Source: Lama glama (lineage: Eukaryota). Taken from it: a DNA stretch of 64,000 nucleotides. The stretch is taken from positions 9,550,001 to 9,614,000 of the forward strand of contig CM052817.1 of the NCBI GenBank assembly GCA_028534125.1, read 5' to 3'. Position 1 is the first letter of the stretch. Each line of letters starts with the position of its first letter. Below, piece by piece: positions 1 to 12,409 of the stretch. The notes below the pieces were generated by a model that ran no database searches, was not told where the DNA came from, and saw nothing but the letters and a program-made list of their open reading frames with translations. The position numbers and the translations under genes are program-made.

Positions 1-174
1 TCTTTGGGACGAAAGGAGAGAATTATTTTTAGCACAACTATTTGGAAACCTCTGAGAACTTGGATCTGTTTTTCTGTCTGGTACCAAAGCAAGTTTTTTC
101 TCTGAGCTCTCATGAAAGATCCTCAGTCTCTTGTGGATTTAGAATTCTGGAGCAACCTACCATCCCAGAGCAAG
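1..174 (+). other. C1QTNF7: C1QTNF7 5' non-coding exon (5' boundary not determined)
   Basis: Ends in AAG|GTATGG donor at 174/175. Sequence resembles my recollection of the human C1QTNF7 5' UTR (...CTCATGAAAGATCCTCAGTCTCTTGTGGATTTAGAA...GAGCAAG), which splices to the exon carrying the ATG. Confidence 0.7.
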
Positions 175-285
175 GTATGGTGTTTACTCTTTTTTTTTAG
201 AATTTTGGCAAATGTAGCTGCAACGTCCTGTATTGTTACGGTAGCTTTTGAGTTTATTAAACAGATGCCTCTGTAAGAAGAATCC

Positions 286-460
286 ATGAAACTGAAGACC
301 TGGGTTCAAATCTCTGGTCTGACACTAGTTTTGTGACCATAGACAAGTCACCTGACTTCTCTAGATATTGATTCCCTGTCCAACCAACTGCAAAAGGGTC
401 TTTGGGAAGATGATATGGGCTTAACATTGCTCTGTGGACAACAAAATGTTTGACACATGT
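286..460 (+). mobile_element. MIR SINE, decayed
   Basis: gacctgggttcaaatct...tgtgaccatagacaagtcacctgacttctct core. Confidence 0.7.
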
Positions 461-1064
461 CAGGATTGATTACTGTTAGTGATATCCTATCCCTTTACTG
501 AAAGCAGCCAAACCTCTATAGATCATGAACTGCTGACAAAAATAAATATTGATGGGTAATTATTTTCCATCGTTCAACCTTTGATGAGCCTCTACTGTAG
601 ACCAGTCTTTGTCCTAAGTGTTGGTGACAGAGTTAACATCTGGGTGGAGAAAAAGCAATAGTCAGCCGTAACACAGTGTGCTCTGGTTCTGCAGGGTGTG
701 GTAGTGACAGGAGAGGGGAAGGGAGTTCATGGCCAACAGGAGAAGCAGTTTTGAAGGGGAAAACTGGAGCCCCAAAGGCAGAGCTGAGGAAGCACCAACC
801 AGAAGGCACTGGGATGTGAACACCTGAGGTCCCATCCTGTCTTGCCAGCAGTGCCACTCCTAGTGCAGCCAGAGAAGGACAAAGCCTGCTGTTGTGAAAT
901 CTCTTCCCTGAAGGACAAGGCTGTGTCCCATTTTGGCTGCCATGGTTACCTATCCTCTTCCTAATCATTTCCAGGCCAAACACATTTTCAACTTGAATTA
1001 GTAATTGAGGCCAGCCCTTTGTCATGAAGATTCCAATTTCCCTCATGTGATGTAGGGGAAAACC

Positions 1065-1250
1065 CAAGGGTTTAGAGACCAAAGAGCTTGGTTCAAATCC
1101 TGCCTGTGCCATCTTTAGAGCTGGGTAGACTTGAGCCCTCAGATTTTGTTTTCTTATTTGTAAAGTGAAGGAACCAGCCCCTACTTCTTAAAAGTGGTGT
1201 GGGGAGTGGGAAATGGCGTCTTTAGAGCACCTACCTCAGTAATAAGAATA
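1065..1250 (+). mobile_element. MIR SINE, decayed
   Basis: ttggttcaaatcctgcctgtgccat...ctcagattttgttttcttatttgtaaagtg. Confidence 0.65.
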
Positions 1251-1279
1251 CTAATGTGTTCCATACATCCCAATTCATC

Positions 1280-1940
1280 TTTTTTTAGTTTTTTTTTTAT
1301 TGTGGTAAAATATGCATAACAAAATTTGTCACTTTTAAGTCTATAGTCTCATGGCATGAGGTATATTCACAATGCTGTACCACCGTCACACCCCCATCAC
1401 ACCCCCATCACACCCCCATCCATCTCCAGAACTTTTCATCTTCTCCAGCTGAACCTCTGTCCTCATTAAACACTAACTCCTCATCCCCCGACTGACCCCC
1501 AGCCCTTGGCAACCATGCTTCTATTTTCTGTCTCTACAGTTTTGACTATTCTGGATTTATCAGATAGGTAGAATCATACAACTTTGGTCCTTTTGTGAAT
1601 GGCTTATTTCACTTGGCATTAAAGTCTTCAGGATGCATCCCTCTTGTAATATGTGTCAAAATTTTCTTCCTTTTGAAGGGTGTGTAATATTCCATTTATA
1701 TATGTACCATATTTTGTTCATCCATTCATCTGTTGATGGACACTTTGGTTTCTTCCACCTTTTGGCTATTGTGAATAATGCTGCTGTGAATATGGGGGTA
1801 CAGATATCCATTTGAGACCCTTCCTTCACTACTTTTGGGTATACTCGAATTGGAATTGCTGAATATATGATAATTCTCTATTAATTTTTTGAGGACTCAC
1901 CATATTGTTTTGTACAGCAGCTGAACTATTTTACATTTAC
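1280..1940 (-). mobile_element. Old L1 3' end (L1MB-like), antisense
   Basis: Poly-T followed by typical antisense L1 3' UTR and ORF2 end (tccattcatctgttgatggacac...ttggctattgtgaataatgctgct). Confidence 0.85.
1387..1419. repeat. 11-bp tandem triplication (CACACCCCCAT)x3 inside the L1
   Basis: Perfect units at 1387, 1398 and 1409. Confidence 0.9.
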
Positions 1941-1955
1941 TTCAGCTACATTTAA

Positions 1956-3430
1956 ATTTTTTCAGCTTTATTGTGATATAATTGATATATAATATTGTGA
2001 GTGTTTAAGGTGTAAACCATGAAAATTTGGTACACATATGTATTGCAAAATTACCACAATAAGATTAGTTAACACATCCATCACTTCACATAATTATCTT
2101 TTTTTGTGTGATTAGTGAGAGCATTTAAGATCTCTCTCAGCAACTTTAAAGTATATGATACAGTATTATTAATTATACACACCATGCTGTACATTAGATC
2201 CCCAAGACATACTCATCTCATAACTGGAAGATCCTTTATTTGTACCCATTGACCAAAAGTTCGTTCCCCCACACTTCAGCCCCTGGTAACCACCATTCTA
2301 CTTTGTTTCTATGAGTTAGGCTTTTTAGATTTCACATATAAGCAAGATACTTTGTCTTCCTCTGTCTGATTTATTTCACTTAGCATAATGCCTTCAAGCT
2401 TCATCCACGTTTTCACAATTAACAGAATTTCCTTCTTTTTAGTGGCTGAATAGCATTTCAGTGTGTATTGTATGTATAAATATATATTTACCACATTTTC
2501 CTTACCCATTCATCTGTCAATGGAAACTTAAGCTGCTCCCATGTCTTGGCTATTGTGAATAATTCTGCAATGAACATGGGAATTCAGATAGCTCTTCAAG
2601 GCAATGATTTCATTTCCTTCAGATATATACTATGCAAAAGTGAGGCTGCTGGATCATATAGTAGTTCTGTTTTTAATTTCTTGAGGAATCTCAAGATTCC
2701 CTAGTGGCTGTACAGATTTATTTTCTCACCAACAGTGCACAGTGTTCCTTTTCTCCACGTTCTTACCAAGACTTGTTACCTCTTCTCTTCTTGATGACAG
2801 CCATGCTAACAGGTGGGGCCTCACTGTGGTTTGGATTTGCATTTCCCTGATGATTAGTGATGTTGAGCATCTCTCCACGTACCTACTGTCCACCTGTATG
2901 TCTCCTTTGGAAAAATGTCATTTCAGATGTTTTGCCCATTTTAATTGGCTTATTTGGCTTTTACTATTGAATTGTATGAGTTTTTTTCAATGTATTCTGG
3001 ATATTAACCCCTTATCAGATACATGATTTGCAAATATTTTCCTCCATTCCATAGGTTGTCTTTTCATTCTGTTGACCATTTCTTTTGCTTTGCAGAAGGT
3101 TTTTAGTTTGATGTAGCCCAACTTGTCTATTTTTGCTTTTGTTGTTTATGCCTTTGGTGTCACGTCCAAAAAATGGTTGCCAAGGCCAGGGTCATAGGGC
3201 TTTTCCCCTGTGTTCTTCCAGAGGTTTTATGTCTTGGGCCTTAGATTTAAGTCTTTAATCCATTTTGAGTTCATTTCTGAGTGGTGTGAGATAGAGTTCC
3301 AATTTCATTACTTTGCATATGAATATCCAGTTTTGCCAACACCATTTTTTGAAGAGACTATTTTTTGCCTGCTGAGTACTCTTAGCTCCCTTGTCAAGGA
3401 TTAGTTGACCATGTATGGATGAGTTTATTT
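1956..3430 (-). mobile_element. L1 (L1MA9-like) 3' 1.5 kb, antisense
   Basis: Minus-strand ORF 2309-2509 resembles the ORF2 C-terminus (YSATKKKEIL..TWMKLEGIMLSEINQ); L1MA-type 3' UTR. Confidence 0.9.
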
Positions 3431-4099
3431 TATTTTAAAATAAAGAAAAAACATGCTATTTACAAACAGATCTCAAACTTAAATCTATGCACTGATTTAT
3501 TTAGTATTTCTCCAAATGTTTTCCACAGCTAGTGCAGCAAAAACAAAGGATTCTATGGCTTAAAAAGCTTACAAAACACTGACACTACGTTTCTGCCCTA
3601 CAGATTCAAAACACACATTAACATGAAGGCTTTGAAATCTACAGTACCACAAAGTAATTTTTTAAGTATGTGTTTAAGAATTAAAGACCTGCTACTTTGT
3701 AATTCCTACAGAAAAATAGGAGAGTCATTTACAATTAACATCCAGGACAAATCTGTTCAAATTAACAGTATTTCCAGAGCTTTGATTGTCTAACTCCAAA
3801 GGAGCGTATTCGTGGAAGAAATACATTTGAGCACATATTCTACATATATTTGCATAATGCAATGCAATCCTTCAAAGTTTTTTGTATGAGGAGTGACTGC
3901 TATTGTGCATGAGGTTTCTTTCTGTAGTTTTGAAAATGTTCTAAAATTAGATTATGGTGTACATTAAATTGGTCAGTTTTATGATGTGCTAAGTTAAATC
4001 TCAAATAAGTTGTTTTAAAATATTGTAATGTGTATAGAGCCATGACTCAGTTCATTCCAAGCCAAAATAACCAAACTCATTGTAAACCAGTCAGACAGC

Positions 4100-4750
4100 A
4101 GGTGAAGGATGGATTATTCAATACAAGGTGTTGAAAATGTAAAGGTGGATCCTTATCTCACAGTTTTTATCAGAAAAATTCCAAGGCCTCAAGTTGGAAA
4201 TGTTTTTTAAAAATGAAACAAAGAACTGAAAGTGGGAGAATTCTTTTTATCATCTCAAAGTGGGGAACGCCTAAACACAGTTGAACCTCAAAAAAAAAAA
4301 AAGTTTTCATGATAAAAATATTTTTAAAAACACATGAACAAAGTGAAAAAAACAAACTGGGAAAAGTTATTTGCTGCTCCTGTCATGAACCATAGGGCAA
4401 GGAATAATATATATATGAGATATATACAAATATTCATCGCACTGTGGTTTATAATAGCGCAAGAATAAAAATATCCCAAATGTCCATCAATAGGGCACTA
4501 GTTAAATATAATACATTCATATGATGGATGTTCTATAGCTACTAAAAAGAAAATGAGGTAGCTCTATCTATATACTGATATCGAAAGATCTCCAAGATAA
4601 GTGAAAAGGCAAAGTGCAAGAAGTTCATACAGTGTGCCAGAAGGACACACAAGGAATCAGCAACAGTGATTGTCTCTAGAGAGGGAACCTGGATGTCTGG
4701 GAGACGGGAAGGAAGGAGAAGAGATTTCCTTTTCACTGTATATCCTTTTT
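4100..4750 (+). mobile_element. Ancient L1 (L1ME-like) fragments, sense
   Basis: ggattattcaata..., aaatgtccatcaataggg..., atactgatatcgaaagatctccaagata. Confidence 0.65.
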
Positions 4751-4767
4751 CAGAAAATTTTATGACT

Positions 4768-5032
4768 CCTAGTCTGTCCCTTCCCACCTGGGAGTTCAAA
4801 ATTTGTAGATGCTGACAGGCATATGCAGAATAGATAAACAGGATAATACTGTACAGCACAGGGAAATATATACGAGATCTTGTGGTAGCTCACAGTGAAA
4901 AAAAATGTGACAGTGAACATATGTATGTTCATGTATAACTGAAAAATTCCACTCTACACTGGAAGACACAACATTGTAAAATGACTATAACTCAATTAAA
5001 AAAGTAATAATAATAATAATAATAATAATAAT
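4768..5032 (+). mobile_element. Young lineage-specific L1 3' end with 22-bp 5' inversion and (TAA)n tail
   Basis: gggagttcaaaatttgtagat...acagcacagggaaatat...acaacattgtaaaatgactataactcaattaaaaaa; imperfect TSD agaaaattttatgact (4752-4767) / agaaaaaaattatgact (5033-5049). Confidence 0.85.
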
Positions 5033-5294
5033 AGAAAAAAATTATGACTGTGCATGTTTTATCTGTACAAAAAAAAACACTTTGAATACTCTAGACCATA
5101 TGAAAGTAAGACAACTCAAGCCCTTTATGTGTGTTTCTCAAACACCACAAAAGAGACCTGTAGATCCCAGGAATATTTCTCTAAATCCTTTCTTTTCTCT
5201 TTCTTTTGTAGTATTCCCATATTCCATAATTTCTCTCTAGTTCTTTTTCCACAAAAACCACACCTTCCCCCCAAAAAAAACTTCTCCCCAAGCC

Positions 5295-5850
5295 TGAATT
5301 TTTTTTGTGCCAAGCACTGTTCTAGGCAGTTGGAGATACCAAAGGCTAAGACAAAGATTTCTGCCCTCCTGGAGTTACATCCTATCAGATGCATGAATAT
5401 AATATTTAAATAGCACAATAAAAATAAGAATAATCTAGTAAGTTCGAGGCTGATGAGTAGAATGGAGAAGAGAAAAAAATAGAGCAGAATGAGGGAGGGT
5501 CAGGAATAGCAGCAGGTCATTCGTAATGTTGGGTAAGGAGGTGAGGGTTGGTTTTAATGAAGGGGCAGTATCTGAGCAAAGACATAAGCAGATGAGGGAG
5601 TGAGACATGAATGCATCTTGGAGAAGAGAGTTCTAGGCAGAGGGAAGAGCCAGTGTGAAGGCCCAAAGGCAGAGCATACCTGGCATCTTTGGGGAACATC
5701 CAGGATTCCAGTGACTGGAGCTGAGGACATGGGAAGGAGATTAGAGGAAGATGAAGTCTGGGAGATGAGGATGGTGGGCGACCAATCAAGCAGGGCCTTG
5801 AGGACCATGGACCATGAGGCTTCTGACTTTGAAATGAAATGAAAAACCTT
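5295..5850 (-). mobile_element. L2 3' region
   Basis: tgtgccaagcactgttctaggc...gagagttctaggcagagggaagagccagtgtgaaggccc. Confidence 0.8.
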
Positions 5851-6030
5851 TACAAAGTGATGCCACTGTAGTTTTCCATTGTAATCCACGCCTGTTGTCA
5901 TCTTGGTGAACTGAGTCACAAGCCTCGGCTGGCCACTCACCACCATACCATCATCACCTTGCTCCTCAGTTCTGATGAGGATTTTAATGGACAACCATTC
6001 TGAGTGTCTTTCAAAATCTTCTAACTGGGG

Positions 6031-6192
6031 GAGAGGGGAGAGTATAGCTCAGGGGTAGAGTGCATGCCTAGCATGCACAAGGTCTTGGGTTCAATCCCCA
6101 GTACCTCCATTAAAAATAAATAAATAAGCCTCATTACCTCCCCCTCAACGAAATTTTTAAAAACAAATAAACAAAATTAAAATAAAAATTAA
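6031..6192 (+). mobile_element. Camelid-type tRNA-derived SINE
   Basis: A box TAGCTCAGGGG, B box GGTTCAATCCC, A-rich tail; TSD aaaatcttc(t)aactgggg at 6013-6030 and 6193-6209. Confidence 0.9.
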
Positions 6193-8239
6193 AAAATCTT
6201 CAACTGGGGATGCTTTCAGCATTCATACTGCGTACAGATCATTCTCCAGTGCATTTGTCAACGAAAGGCAACTCATTTGTTCGATGAGTGCATCTGTTTT
6301 GGTTGTTTTGATTTATTCCTTCTTTGAGCACCTTGTGGCCTGGCTGTTGGAAACATTAACATCCTTTTTTCTGAGCACATCTTTAAAATGTCTGCATCCT
6401 CTATCACCATAATCTTGACTCTTATTGCATGCTCCATCATAGACTGACCCGCACCTGTTGGCATGTGTGTTTCCAACATCTCCACCAGTGTCTGAGATGC
6501 CACTGCCCAAAGCACCTTCTCTCCAGATCACTTTAGTCCCGCTTAGAACCAGCTCCTGGCCCCAGTTACAGCGTCTCATCCCATGCCTGGCTGAAACCCT
6601 CCTTATACATATCTGTTCTCTTCTTTCAAATCCCTTCTCGAAGCCTCCTCTAATCAGCTGTTCTTCTTTTTTTCCCCAAGGGAGAACTAGCAATTTAATC
6701 ATCATGTCTTGTTTTAACTGGCAGAGGTTTGGATAAAAGATTCTTTCCATTTTCTTTCATCTGAGGCACCTTTGGAAGGGCTAGTATGTTTATCAGATCT
6801 GCTGGTAAAGAAAGTGCCTTAATCCCAGTTGAATAATGGGATAAGTAATTCTGAGTTTGTGCTCTATAAGTAGACAGCAAAAATGTTCTCTTTGATTTTT
6901 TTTTTTTTTTTGGTTTTATTGGAAGGGACAGGACGCTGGTAACGTGGAGGTTTGGTCAAGGATACAGAACCTATATTTGGATAAGTTGCTTCAGTTTTTC
7001 ACTAATAAGATTTCTAGGAATCAGATGTATCTCAAATGACATGTGCACACTGTGTTTTTCTCAGTTTGTCATTCCAATGCTCTGGCAAATTTCTATATCT
7101 AATTCCAAGATGTTGCAATGTCCCCCTGGGCACCATAAAAGTGGTACAGTGTGCTGGCTAATTTTCTGGTGTGGCTGTCAGAACACACAGAAACTCCATC
7201 CAACTGCTTTTCCCACATGTTATAATTATTTCCTTTGGGCAAGTATGCACCAGGCATGTATGTCAAGCCTCGCACAGGTTTCTTATTAAAGCACAGGCCC
7301 AACCATGCAAAAACCACTCATTTACACCGCCCCAGAACCACATATATGCATTGTCCCATCCTCGATGCTGATAATCCTAAAGACCATTAGCCTAGAAAAT
7401 TGTGTCCCCAGCCTATATGCCAAATGCCATGCTAATAAACGATCCATCACTCTCAGCTGCCCAGCTTTGTGGAGGGAAATACCAAATCTCATTGGATCAC
7501 AGCTGAAGGGACCTGCTGCCTGCTTCACTCGGAGCACGTGGCTCTGCATGGATTAATTTCACTCAGCTCTTTAAGGGAACCCCAGTGCTAACAGATTAAT
7601 GGGATATCATGGCATTGTATCCTGCAGGTTTTGAATTAAAGTTTGAGACACCCCCGTGACTCAGGACATGCAGAGTTCTCCAATTAGCACTAATTGGCAT
7701 GACACATGATTCTCAAGTGAAAAACATGATTTTCCTGAAAATGTCACTTCCTTTCTCTTGCTTTAAAAAGCCCATAAATTCTAAGGAAACGACCATGGGT
7801 GCATGCAAATGTTAGCTACGAGGATGCCTACCTAGCACGGTGTTTATACTGGCAAGAAACTGGAAGCGCATGTCTGTGACAGGGAACAGAGTACATAAAA
7901 AACAGCAGGACAAATGCAACAGTTTTTTAATCTTCTGAATACTTTTTGACATGGGAAGACACTCATGACACACTAAGTGAAAAAAGTTAAAGAGTTGCAG
8001 GAATGATATGATAGCAATTTTCTTCAGAGCACAGAAAAAGAGACCAGAAAGATGTAGACATCAAAATGTAAAGAGTAATTATCTCTGGGTGTAGGAATAA
8101 CATTAATGTTTATCCTATTCATTTGCATCTCTAATTTTCTTTCAAAAAATGGGCACTTTTTCAAAGAAAAGACATCTGTTTTCGAAAGTCCATCTTTGAT
8201 TCCTGCAGGAAAAAAAATGCAATAAAGTGATTTATTTTG

Positions 8240-8429
8240 AGATAAACAACAAGTTCATACTTTCTAGCATAGTGAACTATATTCAGTATCTTGTAGTAAC
8301 TTATAGTGAAAAAGAATATGGAAACGAATATATGTATGTCTATGTATGACTGAAGCATTGTGCTGTACACCAGAAATTGACACAACGCTGTAAACTGATT
8401 ACACTTCAAAAAAAGATATGTATACAAAA
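8240..8429 (+). mobile_element. Young 5'-truncated L1 3' end
   Basis: agataaacaacaag...tgctgtacaccagaaattgacacaac; perfect 16-bp TSD AAAGTGATTTATTTTG at 8224-8239 and 8430-8445. Confidence 0.92.
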
Positions 8430-8682
8430 AAAGTGATTTATTTTGGAATATTTTAAATCAGTACTTCATCTCCACCCACCCTTGTGTGGGGCACTGAGAA
8501 CTCTCCATCAATAACATGCTGATCCAGTGGAATAATGAGGGTGAACAGGGGCTTTAGACACGCGTGGAGAGGTGAGCACTGGGGGGGATTGTTGCAAATG
8601 CCCTTTCTCATGTTCAGGTCTGCCAGAACCCCCACCTAAGAGGGTGCATTTATGTCCGTGTTTTTCTCTTCCAGAACCAAAG

Positions 8683-8920
8683 ATGTTTGTCTTGCTCTAT
8701 GTCACAAGTTTTGCCATTTGTGCAAGTGGACAGCCTCGCGGCCATCAGTTCAAAGGGGACAGCTACTCCCCCAAATACATCTGCAGCGTTCCTGGCTTAC
8801 CCGGACCTCCAGGCCCCCCTGGCGCAAACGGCTCCCCGGGGCCCCACGGTAGGATCGGCCTCCCAGGACGAGACGGTAGAGACGGCAGGAAAGGAGAGAA
8901 AGGCGAAAAGGGGGCTGCAG
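8683..8920 (+). CDS. C1QTNF7: C1q and TNF related 7 (CTRP7), coding exon 1: signal peptide [16 protein letters not shown], short N-terminal region, first Gly-X-Y repeats
   Basis: Acceptor tttttctcttccag|AACCAAAG at 8674/8675, ATG at 8683, donor CAG|GTAAGG at 8920/8921. 238 coding nt, phase 1. Translation matches the CTRP7 N-terminus. Confidence 0.97.
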
Positions 8921-11734
8921 GTAAGGGATGAATTTCCATAAACACTCCTCTGTCACCCCCACCTTAAAATGACTCCCTTGCTTTGTCTCTTTTTCTAACA
9001 AGACTAGCTCCTTAAATCCCCACTCTACGTCACCTTTATTCATCATAGCAACTCACTGAGTCCTCACTGCGCTTCAGACTCTGCTCCCAATTGTCTACCT
9101 GCATTCCCATTTCACTGTAATGACAGCTCCTTCAAGGGGCCGTGATCATGCTGTACAGATGAGAATACAGAGCGATAGCATGACGACACGCATAAATGGG
9201 GACAGAAGTGAACTGCTAGTGAAGCACAGAGCTGGATTCTCCTGGAACACCTGAAGCCCGTGACTGCTGGGCTGGTGCAGCTAGCAGGCAGTGGCTGGAT
9301 GTGAGAGCATGGATGGATAGATAGACAGATGCATGGGGAGGAGACAGACAGATGAAGCGGGGGCAGAAATTAGAAGCCAGAGGCACAGAGGCCATCCTGC
9401 TCTGCACTAATATCCTGAACAAAGGCACAAAAAGGCTTCTAGATTTTGCTTTTCACAGACGACATGACAGTAGTATTAAAAAGCCTATCTTTCCCAGTTC
9501 AACACTTTCCCACCTGTCCTGTAACAGCTAAAAAAAATAGATGTCTTATAGCTTATAGCTCTGTACAGCCACACAGTTGTCCTCTGCTCATTCAGTAGTT
9601 CTCACTTTTTTCCCGTGTCAATCACCCACAGCCCCTATCACAGTGCCTAGCATGTAGTGGATGATCAGTCAGTATTAGATGGTTTAGATGGATGCATGCA
9701 TGCACATGTAAATCTAGGATGGACTGATGCGTGGATGGATGGATGGAAAAAAGAAATGGTACTGAAGAAAAACTCCTTGTAGACTCATTTCATGAAGAAC
9801 TAAGAAGAAATCCTTTCTCTCCAAGCTTCAGTATCTAAGCATAGACTAACACTCCATAATTCTCCTCTCTACCAAGCAGATGTCTGCCCTGAATAGGGAG
9901 GGGAGGATGATTTATCCCTTCATTCCGTTCTTTATTAATTGTCCCTTATCACAAGGGCAAATCCTTTATGCAAACAGGAAGAATTTCAATAAATTATTAC
10001 AGCTAGCCCTTGATTAGCTAACTCTCAGCAGTTCAAAATGTTAAATAGCTACAGAAATCCAGGTGTTGAGATTGTAAAGACTTTTTCATGGCTCACACTA
10101 TAAAGTTGTATCTTAGTATTTTTGGCTTGGTCTCAAAGAATTTTCAAGAGGATGAGACCTCTAGCATTCTAGTCCAACACCCTCATTTCAAGAACCGGGA
10201 AACTAAAGTCAGAAGGACAAAGCCCTTTCTTCAGACTCATCTAACTAATCCAGGGCTGGACAAGGGCTTTTTCAAGTCTACTGAGTCACTGTCTACTACT
10301 TTCCCCACTAGGTTTAGACTGGATTTAGATCCAATTTCTTCACAGTACAAATGGGTCATTTGAAACTCAGACAAGAAGTGACTTGACCAAAGTTATAGAG
10401 GCAGAGGAATTTCAATACATAATGAAATTTAATGGTAGGAATTGTTACTGATGTCAAAATGTGTTTTTATTGTTGTATCTAAGGTCACTGATTAAGACAG
10501 CAAAAGTTAAGCTCCTACTGAACATAAAATAACAACGTATAAGTTGTGTTAGTCCTTGATTCCAAAGTTAATTTAACAGTAAAATAGTACTCATATTCCA
10601 TTTCTACCAAAAAGAAGCAAACATTGAAAGATCAGACTATCATGGCCTTATTTCAAGAAATAAATACCAGAGTGTGTTCTGACTGGGGCCAGTGGAATTT
10701 CAACCTAGTAACAGAGGTCATGTAGAACCGGGGGATGGTCCTGGGGTCAGTAACAATGCTGACCCTAGTCACCAAAACACAGTTGCTAATTCATTATTAG
10801 CATCTTCCGTGCATCACAAATTATTAAACAACCTCTTCTAAAATTATTAAAAAAAAACTTGATGTTTTAAGGGTGAGGATTTCATTGTCCTAAAACTTGT
10901 AGTATCCAGAATGCTTCATTGCTAAATTTGCCAAATAACTAAAAAATGGTCAGACTCATATTGATGTATGTGTAATATTCAAATAAGTTATATTAAAGCA
11001 CTATCAAGATAAAAGGCTTAGCTTCATAAAGGTTCCTCAGAACAGATAATATAGTTAAGAGTAAAGCTATGCAATGTAACAACAATGTAGTTTCCCTGAC
11101 TACAAAATTGCATTACAAATTACCAATAATTTGGATACTTTTCAATAAAGTATCATTATACAAGCACTATTTATGGAATGCTTTTGACAAAAAAAATTGA
11201 ATGACATTTTGATGCTTCTAAACACTGTTATTACATATATGACTTAAACATTAAATAGATTTTACTTATCACTTTCAAACCATGATCATAATTTCTCTCC
11301 ATTTGGCCTTTGATTGATCTGTAGATATAAAGATCTGAACAAACAGAAAATATTCCTGTATGATGATTTTGAATTTGTTGAAATCCTTCCACAACTCTCG
11401 TATCTTTTCTATATACATGGAGACCCAGAGAAATTAAAAGATCTATCTAAAATAATACAACCATTTAGCTGTGGTGCCAAAAAGAATTAAAGCTTTTTCA
11501 TTTCAGCCCCAAAGGTAAGAGGCATTTTGGTGACGGGGAAACTTGGATTCCAGTCCCAGCCTTGCTACTAAAGCAAGTTTCTTCACCTCTCTGGGACTCA
11601 GTTTTCTCCTCCAAAAAAGAACTACATGCAGTGCTGACAGTCATCCTTGCTTAGTTATCGTGCCATATTGAAGAGCCCTCGCTGTGTTGCAGGTGCACTT
11701 TACAATTTATACTCTGGCCACTGCCCCAGGAGAT

Positions 11735-11970
11735 GTTCAGGCACCAGAGTCAGGCAGGCATGAGTTCAGATCACAGCTCCATCACTCACTAGCTCTGTTC
11801 CCTTGAGCGAACTACCTTCTCCATGGCTTAGTTTTCTCATCTACAGTGAAAGTAAAATGAAATCCTAGTTCATAAAGTTATGGCAAGACTTAAAGAAGAT
11901 AATGCATGCACACAAAGCATTGCCCCTGGTGCATGCTAAATGTTCAATAAATATGAGCTCATCTAATTTT
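11735..11970 (+). mobile_element. MIR SINE, near full length
   Basis: cagagtcaggcaggcatgagttcagatcacagctccatcactcactagct...agttttctcatctac...aatgcatgcacacaaagca. Confidence 0.8.
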
Positions 11971-12409
11971 GACATTTTTATTATTAACACTGATAGAAGG
12001 AGAATGGGGCATGAAACTAAGTAGCCTCTAAGCATTCGTCTTGTTCTCTCTGCCCCCATGATCCCACTCCGGGGGATAATATCATTGTGCCCACTGAATT
12101 CCTCCTGTGGTGATGAGTATCTGTATGTGACTAGTTTAGCAGCAGGTGATCCATCATCAAAATGATGGTTAATTATTTTAAATTAATTGGGATTTAAATG
12201 ACTTCCTACACATGCAAGAAGTTGTTCTTGATGTTCTGATGAGATTTTTCTATTTCCACTTTAATGCATCAGTGATTTTTTAAAATATTAATTATTTAGT
12301 AGTATACTGTTGAAATTGACTGAAAAGACAAATTTAGGGTCTGTGGGCATGTTGCTTGTGACTCTATATTTACAGAACCTACTAATTCCACTATAAACTC
12401 TGTTTGAAG

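Noticed and set aside
6031..6110. tRNA-like A and B boxes (also 28387, 42720, 54557)
   Set aside because: SINE heads with A-rich tails and TSDs, not tRNA genes.
8572..8682. N-terminal extension of CTRP7 in the ORF track
   Set aside because: Starts at a GTG in intron sequence upstream of the 8674 acceptor.
8740..8790. KGDSYS in CTRP7 where I recall human KGENYS (possible lost N-glycosylation site)
   Set aside because: Variable linker, and the comparison rests on memory with no alignment.
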